This document shows, piece by piece, positions 37,498 through 51,149 of a stretch of 64,000 nucleotides of DNA. The notes below the pieces were generated by a model, which was given only the letters and a program-made list of their open reading frames with translations, made no database searches and had not been told where the DNA came from. Origin of the DNA: Felis catus (Eukaryota); NCBI RefSeq assembly GCF_018350175.1, contig NC_058368.1:48300001-48364000 (forward strand), given 5' to 3'. A program made the position numbers and the translations under genes. How positions within the stretch are numbered: position 1 is the stretch's first letter; every line of letters starts with the position of its first letter.

Positions 37498-37802
37498 TAA
37501 AGTACTAGGGGAGTAATGGAAGGGAGTATTTCATTCTGGTTGAGATCAGGGAAGCTTAATGGAGGATACCAACAAGTGGGTGTTGCAGAATACAGACAAG
37601 CAGCCACGTGAGAGGCGAAGAGAAAGCAGAAGAGAAGAGAACAGAATGACCAGGCCCAGATACCAACTGTGAGGGTTCTCTTCTATAGAACTGCATCTTG
37701 TAGGTCCTAGAATATCAGGATTTCTGTTGTGTTGTTTTGTTTTAGGAGGAGAATTTCGGCTTATGAAGGTAGAATTCATTGGGAAGGAAGTGATTAACGT
37801 CA
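37498..37802 (+). repeat. Copy 2 of the local ~305-bp direct duplication
   Basis: See copy 1. It abuts the 5' truncation point of the L1 fragment. Confidence 0.9.
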
Positions 37803-39420
37803 GTCATCACCCACAGTGTTACCCAGGTGTGGCCTTCAGCATGATCTCCTCCCTCCTTCCCAAAGCCATCCTGAATGTCACCCTAAGCATGCATTCATTA
37901 AGTCTGCTGGCCTCCATTCATTCTAGATTGTCACCCTTCAGCCCTATTATTAACTGAAATTCCTTAGTTGCCCCTAACATTCTCCCTGGTTCCTTCATTC
38001 AAAGACCTATCTTCCAGTCATTAAAACCTATATAATGTAACTCATTTATAAGGAAAATGGGTGTGCAGTTTGAGAACTGTTTCATGGACTAGTGACATTA
38101 ATTAAGGATATTGTTTCCAGAAAGCCCAGAGTTTCTGTGAATTATAATCTATTCCTCCTAACTTAGAGAGTTCATTATCAATATAATAAATATTTGATTC
38201 TACCAGCTGCCAAAATAAACTGTAGTGCTTTACGACTATCTGGCTCCAAGAGAAAATAAAATGATATAAAAAATTTAAAAAATCAGTGTTTTATGATCTT
38301 CTCCATTATCTCATAATTTCCACACATTTATATCAGGTGATGTGTCTACATGTTGAAGATCATATTGTCAAGCAGGCACTTGTATTACCAAGCATTTGTG
38401 GTGCTTCTGTTATAGATAGCATGGCTTCTGTAGAATAACACTGAGGATGACTGTTAGATAGGTTGATGGCACGAACGATTAATGGGGTCTGCTCTCATCA
38501 ACTGTTCAAACGTGCCTGATAATAGTCATCAGTGCAGGTTTCAGGTTCATTCACAAAGCAGTTAAGGCAGAAAAATGAAGTATTAATGCTTGTTATGAAA
38601 AAAGAGTGACCCAAACAGAAGTGCTTCCCGGTAGAAAATTACAGACGAATAGATATACTCTAGTATATATCACAGTTTCTAGCTTTCATTACAAAAAAAA
38701 CTTAGAGCAATAAATGCAACATTTTGTTTGATTAGTAAATCTCTTTATTATATACTAAATTCTAAAAATAAATTGATGCTTTAATAAAAAGGTTATGTAC
38801 CACTGATTTCTGAGATTTCTTCCCCAGTTTTCCTTCCAATCAATACAATATATTTCTTTTTCTTTTGTCTTCTATCTAGACTACCTGAAAGCAACTTCTG
38901 AGACCCTTCAAGAAGCTGATGTGTTCATAAACCTAATAAATCACTCTTAATGTATTCAGTGTATCTATTACTGGCAATGAAGGATTAAGTATGAGTTATC
39001 AGAAAACATCTGTGAATCAGATATAAAGTTCATACTAATTACCACTTTAATTTTTCTTGTTTATTGGGTAATTAAAACATACTTTAATGTAGAACAGCAA
39101 GACTTTGACTTTTTCTAATTTTGTCCATGAATATTATGCATTTGTGAAAATAAATGAAACTGTCTCAGTTAGCTTTATCTGAAACCCATTTTTCTTTTTC
39201 ACAGCAAGAAGATTAGTTAAAGAATATGTATCAGTGGGAACTAATTAAGCATCTTCTTTGGAAAAATTTCTGTATGAATTTCAAGATGACTGAATTGGCC
39301 AAATGTACCTTGGCATTAATATATGAGTATAAACCAAGGATACCAAAATATCTGAAAATTACACTTTGGTGGATGTGGGGAATAACTTAATTGTTACAAT
39401 CAATCAAGACTATTTAACTT

Positions 39421-39535
39421 TTTTTTTTTTTTTTTTCCCACACTGGGTGTGGAGCCCAATGCAGGGCTTGAATTCACGATCCTGGGCTGAGATCAAGAGT
39501 CAGACACTTGATCGTCTGAGCCACCCAGGTACCCT
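39421..39535 (-). mobile_element. Short Can-SINE (head plus tail only)
   Basis: poly(T)...gagatcaagagtcagacac...ctgagccacccaggtaccc. TSD aaga(c/t)tatttaactt. Confidence 0.85.
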
Positions 39536-39606
39536 AAGATTATTTAACTTTCTTAAGTCCACTTCACTCAGCACACATTTTTAAATGCTCACTTTGTATG
39601 TTTTTC

Positions 39607-39617
39607 TGTGTGTGTGT

Positions 39618-39655
<38 letters not shown>
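39607..39655. repeat. (TG)n microsatellite
   Basis: Direct inspection. Confidence 0.95.
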
Positions 39656-39660
<5 letters not shown>

Positions 39661-39935
39661 GGGCAAATAGAAAAAGATACTGTCTCTGATTTTTAGAACT
39701 TAAAATCTGGGTGTTGTTTCTGATTGGGAAACAACAGCGATAACAAAAGTAATCTAAAGACCAAGTGTGAGCAATTACGGGGTGATTCAGACAAAATCTA
39801 TGAGTGCCGAGGGATAGAAGAATTCAGATCACCCTGAAAGGACGCACAGTTGACAAGCCATAGAGGACCAAGACCATGATGAACTCAGTCACGATGGTTT
39901 TCATGCAGCTACCACTTATGATGCTTACCACTTTT

Positions 39936-40150
39936 TTTTTTTAAATTTTTTTTTTTTAACGTTTATTTTTGAGACAGAGAGAGAGCATGAACAGGGGAGG
40001 GTCAGAGAGAGGGAGACACAGAATCTGAAACAGGCTCCAGGCTCTGAGCTGTCAGCACAGAGCCCGACGCGGGGCTTGAACTCGCGGACTGCGAGATCAT
40101 GACCTGAGCCGAAGTCGGCCGCTTAACCGACTGAGCCACCCAGGCGCCCC
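39936..40150 (-). mobile_element. Felid Can-SINE
   Basis: CpG-rich full SINE. Perfect TSD gatgcttaccactttt at 39920-39935 and 40151-40166. Confidence 0.95.
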
Positions 40151-40204
40151 GATGCTTACCACTTTTTAACTCTGGAGGCTGGTCATCTGTTACAAGAGAA
40201 GGAG

Positions 40205-40410
40205 GTTTGTAGTTAAATGCTTGGGGCTGTAGTCACATCACCTGGCCCCACACATCTAACTGTGCAGCTCTGGACAAGTACCTGAAGGCCTCAATACCTC
40301 ACTTTCTTTTCTATAAAACAGGACAAATGATGTACTTGCCTTATAGGACTGTTGGAAGCATTAAATAAGCTAATACATGTAAAGCATTTAAGATAGTTCC
40401 TGCTACTTGC
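40205..40410 (+). mobile_element. MIR
   Basis: tggacaagtacctgaa...cctcactttcttttctataaaacagga...cttataggactgttggaagcattaaataagctaatacatgtaaagcattta. Confidence 0.75.
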
Positions 40411-40551
40411 CTAGTCTTCGCTAGTTGGCTGGACCCAGTAAATCTTCCCTCACTCTCAATTTTTGGCTGGGAATATACTAAATATTATTATTTACCTCAA
40501 GGGAAATTGTGCAAGTGCTCAAATACAATTCAGTTAAAAGGATGTAGGTCA

Positions 40552-40752
40552 ATATAGTCAACAATACTGTATTATAAACTTCAAAGGTGCTAAGAGACTA
40601 GACCTTAATTGTTTTCACCACAAAAAAAAGAAATGGTAATTATATGACATGATAGAGGTATTAGCTAATGCGAAGATGGCAATCATATTGCAATACATTA
40701 ATGTATCACACCAATACACTGTATACATCAATTAAATCTCAATAAAAAATAA
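40552..40752 (+). mobile_element. L1MA-type 3' end
   Basis: tatagtcaacaatactgtatt...tgctaagagactagacctta...catcaattaaatctcaataaaaa. Confidence 0.8.
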
Positions 40753-42487
40753 TGAAATGTATGTCATATAGCCCACAGAGGATATAAAAGTGAAAGCACA
40801 AAGTCAGGAAAAATTTAAGGAGCTTTATATTTCTAAAAAGGTTGCACGTGCTTGGGAGCAACGGTTGGGAGAATAAACACGCCATCTACGCCTCTTTTCT
40901 CATTATTGTTATCTGATATTCTCCAGAGACTCTTTGGCACCACTGTAGACTGTTAATTTCTGAATCATTATTACATTTACATAGAGATGATGATACATAA
41001 TCAGAAAATATTTTAAAGTAGCTTTGCCAATGATAAAAACATTTGTAAATTTATCTGGGGTCGGCACCTTCTTGGATCATTTTGTTTTTGAAACAAGCTG
41101 AATTTCAGGGTCAAATAATACTTTTTTCCTTTTAGCAGAAACACATTACCTTCTGAGGCGGGTAAAAATTGCTACGATGCACAGGAATGGACAGTCCGGA
41201 GCTGGTCTGGTGAGCTACAGGGGCCCAGCACTTCTAGAATTATGCAATTTGGTAGGCTGCGTGACCATGAACCTGTGGCCTGTGCGCATGCTCTCAAAGT
41301 AACAAAACTTTCCTACCTTTGAGAGTTGCAAGGCACACCTGTTTCAGCCTTAGCACGGAAGATGATTTCGAACTCAACGTGTCATGCACCCTCTAGTTCT
41401 ATTAAGTGAGTTCAATTCCTGATTTACTGTTTCAAAGCAACCAGTTGGACTTTCTTTGCCAAATGTTCTTTTGTCTCAAGGAGCAGGAGTTAGGGAAAGC
41501 ATTCTTGAAACACCCTCTATGAGTCCTGAGGGGAAAGCATTTTGTGCTCTAGCATATGTCTGAGTGTGAGAGCCTCTGTAGCATATCCGTGTGTGGGCAG
41601 ACTTTTAGGAAAATGCAGGAAAAACAGCAGAGCAATCTGCTCTGACAGACAGTGCAACTTATGTACGAAATCCTCCCCAGTGCTAATGCGATTTACACAT
41701 CCGTGAGACAGGCCTAAAAATTCCAGGAGCAAAGGCAAAACATAAGGCGTAAAATGGGACACAGCCTCAAGTGTTAACAACATTTTTACATATCTCATTT
41801 GTTTTCAAGTTTATAATAACTCCTTCCATTGCCACAGCATCTTTCCTCTGAGAAGTTAAACTTCCTCTAAAGATGTTTTACTTGTTTGTAATGTTCCAAT
41901 TCATCCTGACAATGCTTCCTCGGAACAGAGAGACTTACAGGAGAGAAAACCCAAAGTGCAATTAGCAGCCTGCAAGGCTGGCCCTCAGATGCGTTGTACC
42001 ATCCATGCTCCGAAGACCCACAAAAGCTCTGGGTTGGTCAGATAGAACTGTGGTTTCACAGCCTTAAGCCCCGGTTTCCTTGCAGGACAAGAACCTTGCT
42101 TTCAGATTTACAAAGAATAACAGTAAAGACTTCTCACAGCAGCCCACTGGATCACAGTTATTCTTATGATTCCTAGGTCGACAACACATTCCCTCTTAAC
42201 TCCACGGCAGCTCTCTTAAGCCGTATACCGTGGAACTTTCAGAGCCTCAGGGTTATTATTTTGGATTATTTCAATTTCAAGTACGTAAGGCTAATAAAAC
42301 AAGACTATAACTCTCATCTGTGACCTCCAATTATAAATTTCATTCATTTATCAATAGCTTCATTACTCTCAGTGGCTGACTTTAAAACAATAAATTAGAA
42401 ATCTAAATTCATTTTTTGGAAAGTAAATTTATACTAACAAAGCACCACTCTGATCTCTTTAAGTATTCCTAAGTAAGGTTTAGATTT

Positions 42488-42709
42488 AAAGAAAAAAATT
42501 TTTAATGTTTATTTATTTTTGAGAGAGAGAGATAGAGACAGAGTGGGAGCAGGGGAAGGGCAGAGAGAGAGGGAGACACAGAATCTGAACCAGGCTCCAG
42601 GCTTTGAGCTGTCAGCACAGAGCCTGGCGTGGGGCTCGAACCCACAAACTGCAAGATCATGACCTGAGCCAAAGTTGGACACTAACCCACTGAGCCACCC
42701 AGGCACCCC
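42488..42709 (-). mobile_element. Can-SINE
   Basis: Reverse SINE. TSD gtaaggtttag(a/t)ttt. Confidence 0.93.
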
Positions 42710-43354
42710 TGTAAGGTTTAGTTTTTACAGATTTCTGGAAGAAGAGGTCATCATGAGATTTGTTACTTATTTAGTATTTCACAAGCATTTACTGAACACC
42801 TACTATGGCTGAGCACAGCACTAAACTCTAGCGATTCAGCCATGAGAAACACACTGTTACACATGTAATAAACATAACCAGTGACAAGAAACTTCATGTT
42901 CCTATAGCCACTTACACTGACCTTTTAAAAGAGGTTGCAAAGCCTATTGATATAGTGGGTTTCAAGCTCAACCCACCCACAATTCTTTTGCTTTCTGGTG
43001 TTGAGCAGAACCAAAAGAGTCAATTTAATAAAATGCTGAGTATTTAAAGATAAAGCAAAAAAAAAAAAAAAAAGTGATAGAGGCAAAGGACAGTGCTTAT
43101 TATTTCCTAGTCTTGCTATCAGCATTAGACTTGGGGAAGATTCCTGAATACTTAAGGCATTCTGTGGAACATGCACAATTTTTCACTTGGAAAAGCAGAA
43201 CATTTTAAGAACTGAACCAAATCTCTGAAATTACTTGCTAACTTTACTCCAGTCAAATCTGAGTTCAAAAGATAGAGCATATACAGATTTCATTCTCTAC
43301 TTAGAGCATGACAAACAGTAATTTTCCATTCTCTGAACTTTTTGATATTCAAAT

Positions 43355-43515
43355 CATAATAGCTAACAGCAGCTAACATTTATGGAGCAACTTAACGTTT
43401 GCCAGACACTTTGCTAAATCTTTGACATGTGTCATCTTATTTAGTTCTTCCAACACTCTAAGATGAGAACATTATCATTCCCATTTTACAGATGAGTAAA
43501 ATAAAGCTTAGGCAT
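43355..43515 (-). mobile_element. MIR
   Basis: agctaacatttatggagc...gccagacactttgctaa...attatcattcccattttacagatgag. Confidence 0.75.
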
Positions 43516-44503
43516 GACCTTAAAATAAATAAAGTCAAACAGAATGTTAGTAATTAACATCAATTCTCTTAGCATTGAGGATGTGAAATGGCAGAGCATT
43601 TACTTCTGAATGAGAGCTCAGTATTACAATCTAATATTTCCTTTAAGGAGACATTTCAGCCAGAAAAGACAATAGTCAGCTATTCCTGTGAGGGACCTGA
43701 GGTGGCTCAGCTCCCCAACTGCTCAAAGCAGTGATTGTTTCTTAGTTCTTTCACATCACCTTCTTATTAAGTCAGGGAGAGCCACAGTTTAGTCGCATTC
43801 TCCTGACCACGGAAAAAAAGAGTCAGTCTTCAGTCTCATCCCTTCTCCGCTCTTTTGTTCTCTCATATAAGAAAAGCCCATATTGTTCTATTAGTTTCTC
43901 CACTTACGAATGAGAAAAATCCCCAGACAGAAGGCGGGAAGTAGCAGGTTACATTTCCAATGGACTGAGGACATTACCCTTATATGACAGCAGATTCCTC
44001 TTTCTTCGGCTCCGGCTGCACTTTATTTCCAAAGTCTGAGCTTAGAAGATGAGCTACTTCGAAGAGGCCTATTCATCTCTGAATTACAAATTGCCTGTGC
44101 CAGGTGTTACTATTACTCTTGCAGAATACTGGCAGAAAGGGTTTACCAGGACTTCCCTCAGGATCGGCTCTTTTTTAGGTAGAGTCTTAAATTCTGTTTT
44201 CTGATCAGTGCTATCTTCTATAAAATAGATTACTGTTTTCAGATCCTGAAAGCACCAGAGAATTTAGCTTTGCCTAAGGACTTACTACATAATTCTTTAA
44301 CAATTTAAATATTGTATTTAGAAATTAAGAGGGGAAAAAAGTACCAGGAGAAACATTTTCTCATTTGATTAAAGTTACATGGAAACTTCTTTTGAAATGG
44401 CTTCTAAAAAACCTACCAAAAGATATGGCGTGATATTATGTTGTATGCATAATTTATGTGCACTCATGTGTGTTTGGAAAAAGCTTATCTTAGAAGTACA
44501 TTT

Positions 44504-44572
44504 TATTTTATTTATTTTGAAAGACAGAATGTACACATGCACAAGTTGAGGGGAGGGGCAGAGGGGCAGAGG

Positions 44573-44617
<45 letters not shown>

Positions 44618-44741
44618 TCTCAAGCAGGTTCCGCATTCAGTGCAGAGCCTGATGCTGGGCTCAGTTCCATGACCCTGGGATCATGACCTGAGATGAAATC
44701 AAGATTCGGACACTCAACCAACTGAGCCACCTAGGAGCCCC
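44504..44741 (-). mobile_element. Can-SINE (older subfamily) with (GA)n
   Basis: Reverse SINE. TSD tagaag(t/c)acattt. Confidence 0.92.
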
Positions 44742-47700
44742 TAGAAGCACATTTAAAAAATCATTTTGGTAACAGCTTGCTTTAGAACCACTATTAAGTT
44801 CATAATAATCACTTTTTTTTCCCTAAGGTCCTGCTGTGCTAATGAGAAAAACCAAGGTGGTTTCTAAGAAGGTTGTGGTGTTCAAGAAAAGGAGAGAATT
44901 CATGACTAGAAAGTGCACTGAGAGTTCTTCTAAGTCGCTAGTTCCTTGAGGCAGAATTGTATTTCAAGCATTCCAGAGGGAAAATCAATCTATACTTTTA
45001 AAAGGTTTTGAAAAGCAGTATCAAGAACCTTTGTGACCTCTCATGTTTATCTGGAAACTCCTCTTTCCTCCATCTACAAATATGCTTCCTTACTTCAAGA
45101 AAACAAAACAAAACAAAAAACAAAAAATGAAACAAAACAAAAAAACCCAAATGCCAAGATCTAAGGCATCTTTGTACTGAAATAAAATAGAGCAGTTTGT
45201 CTGCTTTAAAATTTTCCTTACAGAAATAGTAATTCAGTTCCGACTTTGGGCAGCATAGGTTAGGTGATCCAGGGCTAAATTTGGAATGAGAAGATCTACA
45301 TGTGCCAGCTCTGTTGCACAGTGGCTTCGTGACATAGCATGAAATCACCAAATCTCTATTTTGGATGCTTAGTTCCATCACTGACAAAATGGGGTCAGTA
45401 ATACCTGATGTTAATGTCCCAAAGGTTGGTTGTGAATTTCCTGCAAAAGAATGGCTGAAATAGGATTTTAAAGGGATAGATGCATGCCCCTTCTAGTAGG
45501 GGTCTTTTCAAGACAGGTGTTTATAAAACCCTTCTTGGCAAATGCGTGGTTGGAGTGGAGAACAGGTGGCAGGGGTCTGGGTAGTAGACATCCTGGAGGC
45601 TGGCTCAGCTACTCAGGAGCTTGTCTGGTATGGGGAGGGGTGGTGGCTGCACTGGTGAGCCACTCCAGAGGGGGAACAGGGGGGGATCTGCTACAGGAGC
45701 AGGTGCGCAAGCATGGAAGAACCATGTAAGAAAGGAAAGGAGAGCAGCACGTGCTGCCTGTGGCTAGCATGACACCAGGGTGGTCATCACTTGCAAAATT
45801 TATATCAGGATATTATGAAATAAAACTACAGTGTGAGGTACAGATACAAATACAGATATAGATCTACACACATAGGTGAATGTCTGTGCGTCCTCCACTT
45901 TCATATTTGAGCTTGTTATTTCTGAGTGTCACCGGTTGAGAGTTTACCTTCAAGGAAGGCTAATTCTTCAGAAATGAAGAATGCTGATATGTATGCATCC
46001 TGGTGTTAAATCCTGACATGACATTTGCACCCCAGAGGTACAGACTGCTAGCTTTAGCCAGCTACATCCTCTGGACCAAGGCCTGCTAATCTAATCAGTC
46101 ATTTTTATGAGTACCTACAATTATAGCAATTATTTATGGATTAGAAGAAACAACTTATTCATTTATTCCTTAAGAGATGTTGGGGTTAATGCATTTGTAT
46201 TCATTTTAAAAACATCGCTCATTATCATAAATCAACTACAATATGGGATTATTTTTGTACATGTGCTCTTTGACCCCTGGGGACATAAGGGAATAGAGAA
46301 TGCATATTGCAAATGCACATTCGTTTAAATGATATCTTTCTTGTAGGAAACAGATGACCCTACGCCTACCCAGTTGTGAGTAAGGAATCAAGCAGTTATA
46401 AAAGAGCTCATCATGAATGGGGCTCTGTCAACAGCCATGCCGTAGGTTCTGGCTTTCCTCCTCCAGTGTACTACATCATGTGATATTTAGGCCAACTGGA
46501 ATTAAGGCTGAAGGATATACTCTAACCAATATAACTACAATCACTCACGTTTATCAATATTAAATGATTAAATGTAATTATTATATTAAACCCAGATTGT
46601 GACAATGACTGGTTTCATAGTGTGTGAAAGCATGCGTGAAAATTACTATATTTCGTATACTAAGTCAAATTACCAAGTGCAAAGACAAAAAGAAAATGCT
46701 TCTTTGCCAACACTTGTTATTGTGCTGCACATCTAGAATTTCTAGAATCACAGGGTCCAGATGTATCGATAAGCACCAACTTGCAAGCGCAAGGCACTGC
46801 TTCAGACAATGACGAGCAAGAATAGCACCATGATTCTGATTTCACTCAATGCTATTTTCAAGATACCCAACAGTTTGAAAGCACACAAGTCAAGGGCATA
46901 TCACTACACAACTGAATCAACAACAGGGGAAAACACGAGTGGTCCTGTGATAAATGATGCATCATTTCTACACTTCAAGGAAAGCAATATCCTACTAAGC
47001 CCATAGTACATGCTGCCTACACCACGTAAAAGGTCGTTGTTGAATGTCTGACACCTTCAAAATGGGTCTCTAAACCCAAAGAGAAATACGCATCCTAGTG
47101 ACACTTCACAGTGGAGTAGCATCAGGTTGGTAACGATCCACAGATGAAAACAACAAACAAAAACACTGCATGACCACAATTAAAAGTGTGTGTATGCACA
47201 TGGGCAAATGATGAAGGGATCCCATTAGTTCAGTTATTTTTCAACTTCTATACATGGTAAACCACACTAGGAGAAGCACTGAAGGGGTAAAAGTAATAGA
47301 GACAGACACATGTTTTTAAGACTTATAAACTAAAAGTGAAAATGCAAATAACTTCTACTCATGAATTCCATTATCGCCAGTGATGTTAACTCTGAAGGCC
47401 AACACATGAGGCAATATCGAAATGTTAAACTGGTGAGGCACAGAGAGCCCTACCTGTGACAAAGAGGTGGCAGTCTCTCTAAAAAAGACCAACAACACAC
47501 AGCAGCAATTTCACTAATTCATTCCCGAGTTTGAACTCTTCACCTAAAGACAGAAGCCCCTCTGGGGTACCTTTATGCTCCCAGTCTCAGTATAGTGCTT
47601 GGCCCAGAGTAGGTGCTCGAAATATGTCAGACTTCCAAATACAGATTATTTTAATCGAGCAAATTTGGAAAAACTCTTAAAATATTCCAGAACATTCCAG

Positions 47701-47849
47701 AAAATATTCCACAAGAATTTGAGCACTTCAGTTTAAAACTATGTCCCATCTCTTTTAGTCTTCCTTCTTCACACATTTCTTGAGTGCCTACTATGTATGG
47801 GCCAGGCCTTTTGCAAGGTACTGAGGATTTAGAACCTAAAAGAGAAAGC

Positions 47850-47863
47850 TGTGTGCACATGCG

Positions 47864-47913
<50 letters not shown>

Positions 47914-47924
47914 CTCTCTCTCTC
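47850..47924. repeat. Compound (GC)6(AC)n(TC)n microsatellite
   Basis: tgtgtgcacatgcgcgcgcgcgcacacac...actctctctctctctc. Confidence 0.95.
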
Positions 47925-50329
47925 AAGGATTGTGACAGAATTGCTTGATGGGTACCCAGAAGAGGAAGTGATCAATGCAAAAACTGGGGCGGGGAGGCTT
48001 ACATTGTGGAGAAGGACGTTTTCATTATGAGGAATAAACGAAACAATATGCATGCAACTGCATGGAACTATAAAAAGCTTCAAAATGTAAAATATCTTGA
48101 AAGGTGACTCTACCAAAGTACACTGTCCATTTCCAGAGGAAATCAGACTTCAGTGTTTCCCTTTGGAGAGAAGTACTAAAAATGAGGAGTTTGTGGAGAA
48201 TCACTTTGGAGACCTCCCTCTCCCACCAGAGGATGAATTATTTACCAGCAATATAACCAGGCATGCCTAGGAGCAAATTATTGATTTCAGCGCCCCTTTC
48301 TAATTCCATATCTGGTTCCCTCTGTCATCAGGTGGCACAGAACCCACACGGGGCAAAGTCAGACACAAATGACACTTGGACGATTGTCCTTGAGGACATG
48401 GCTAATTAGAGAGTTGGCATTTTAATAAAAATAATGGCTGACATACATGATCCTTCCCCGTCCAGGCCTTTAACCTGAATTAACACATTTAAATTTCAAT
48501 CTGCTGAGTTTTGAGAAAGAGATATTTTTGTTGTATTGTACCTCGGAGGAAAATGGTGATGAGGAGTTTGATGATTCCCTTAAGCCAAACAGCCAATAAA
48601 TGTAGCAGACAGAATTTGAACTAGCATCCCCTGATCCCAAAGCTTCTGCTTTTCCATGGAGTTCCTCAGACTTCTGTTTTTTAATACTTATTCACCCCGG
48701 GTCAGTTTTAAAGGCCTTAAAAAAATTACTGGAGAACAGAAATCTACATTGAGTACTTCAGAGGCCACATCTCCCTCTGTGGCCAATTACACCACTAGAT
48801 TTGCTTTGATGGACATTTCCTATAAAGTAAATGATCTTCCCTTATTTTCATCAGGAGGTGCTTTCCGATGTGTGCTTTGGGCCCATGGGCCCATGGCTGC
48901 TATGCTCATGGTGAGGTCCAGCTCCTTAGTGCTTAGAAAGTAAATGATTTAACTTTTTACACCAACATGGATTGACACTTTGCACAGTGCCACTTAAAAT
49001 TCAGTACCCGCTGAGTCAACCAACAGATTAAAGAGAAAAAGATATTTATTCTCTGTTCATCTGAGAATGTCATATGCCTTAATGCTGTCAAACCACAGAC
49101 CCGCATTTAAATTTTGTTCCAAATCTTATTTCCAGAGTTGTGATGTTTGTGGGTACTTGTGTCTTGGAAAGCATGGTGATAAAAACTAGAAGACTGTTTT
49201 TCAAATCCATCAATACACACACAAGAAACAAAAAAAGCCATCGAATTAGCACATCCAAAGGACAAAGAATTAAAACAAAATTGCCCACACAAAGCCCATC
49301 CAGGAGGTGACCCTTTTTTATAGGACTAATTACAAGGAAATATAAAAGGGCAAGCTTTTATTAATCAAGCTCTTTTCACTCAGCCATGAAGAACTGCTAG
49401 GCAGCAAGAAAGCAAAGAGACAGGGTGTTAATGTAGCCTGATAATTAAATTCAGAATCGGGTGGATCAGAGGGAAGGGCATATGGAAAAGTCAGGTGGAG
49501 GTAAGAATTGGAACCCTACTCCCATAGAATACTATATGGTTTGTGGAAATAAGAGAAAAGGAAAGCCATCAAATATACATTTTTAAAGCATCAGTAAAGG
49601 AGGCTACATTTAAGAAGAAAGTGAAGAGTGAAAATAATACCACTGAGGCATTTTGTAACATCTTGCCTTGTAGAGCATAAAGAACTTTCCTACATAATCT
49701 CCTCCATTTATTTTCATATCATTCTTGTGAAATATATAGACAAGAACAGGCATGAGGGACTCAATCTTGCCCCAGATCACATAATTAGAGAGTGACAGAA
49801 CAGGTCCCAAATCTCGGAAATTCAGGTCAGTGTTCTACCATTATCCTTTAAACATTTTGTCAAATATAATAGTTAGAAGCAGAGAAAGGGTAGAAATGAT
49901 GTAGCCAATGTTTAAAGATGTTGCTAACATGAAAAAAAAATTCTTGTTGTCCTCGGAATCTGAATATTTCTACTCGTCTTAAAATACTGAATAAGGGGTG
50001 GGAACCAGCCATGAAAAAGTGAAGGGGAAACCACCAAAGTCCAGAGATCAAAGTTCTGATCCTATAGGTTAAATTCGCTGTGCAAATGAAGCCGAAAACC
50101 GGGCCTATTTTCCCACCACAAGATGGGGATGTTGAAAGAGGATTCATTTCATCGATAAGTATATATGCCCTAGCCCAATGTGACATGTGCTATGCTGTGC
50201 TGATTCACAGACACAGGCAAAAAAAATGATGACCATAAATCATGATGAAGGTGAAAATTTGGTTCATACGGTGGTGTATGATCAGAGAGGAAGAAGAGGC
50301 TGATAGAATGGGGATTGTAGGGAAGATTT

Positions 50330-51000
50330 TGCACCGGAGAGCATTCTTAAGCTGAGTCTTTCAGAATGGTTTTCTTAGTGAACAGTGTACTTTGGAAAAC
50401 ATACATTCGGCGTGGCTGGAACGCGGGGTCCGTGGAGGTGGGAAAGCAGTAACAGAGTCGTCTTGCAAAGGGTCTCATGAGCTGTGCTAAGGGCTTTGGA
50501 CTTGTAAACAATGGCCAGGTCTGGCAGAACTGTAAAGAGAGGAGCAATGCCCTTTGCATTTTACAGGCATCTCTGCAGGCATGGCAAAGATCGGATATGG
50601 GTGGGAGCTGAAGGAGTCTGAATCCAAAGAGACCAGTCAGGAGCGTAGGTTAGTATTTCAGGCAAGAGATGATGAGGGCATGTGGAATGAAGAGCCAACA
50701 TTGCCAAGAGATATTTAGGTGGAAGGATGCTAGATTGGGTAATCAAATGGATGCTGGTTTTGACAGAGTAAGGGTTAATCTCAGGCTTCCGGTTTGGATG
50801 GGAAGGAGGAAGAAGACTGGGCTTGGAAAATATGAACAAATAGACTCTTTTCCAGTGCTGGTCTTCAGAAGTCAGGGGACTTGGTGTTTGGCAAAAAGAT
50901 GCCTTCCTGTATTTAAGACCTATTTGTTTAGCTGGGGCTGGATGTCTACAAGCAGCCCTGGGCTGGAAAAATAATGGTGCAGGTGTCATTTTATGATGGG
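50330..51000 (-). mobile_element. L2 fragment
   Basis: Purine-rich antisense L2-like text (taagctgagtctttcagaatg...gctaagggctttggactt...gagatatttaggtgg...tcaaatggatg). Approximate. Confidence 0.6.
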
Positions 51001-51025
51001 CAGTTGACACATGCAGAGGTGGGGC

Positions 51026-51086
51026 AAAAAAATGGACTAAAATGGACTAAAAAAAATGGACTAAAAATGGACTAAAAATGGACTAA
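51026..51086. repeat. Short tandem array, 5 x (A)n-TGGACT
   Basis: TGGACT preceded by A runs of 7, 4, 8, 5 and 5. Confidence 0.9.
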
Positions 51087-51149
51087 CATGCACCACGAGG
51101 ACACATGCCTTACGGGTGCTACTACAGCTTCTGTCTGACTTACCTGCGG

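Noticed and set aside
51026..51086. Repeat-spacer-like array as a CRISPR or similar system
   Set aside because: The repeat is only 6 bp, the spacers are A homopolymers, the context is mammalian, and there are no cas-like genes.
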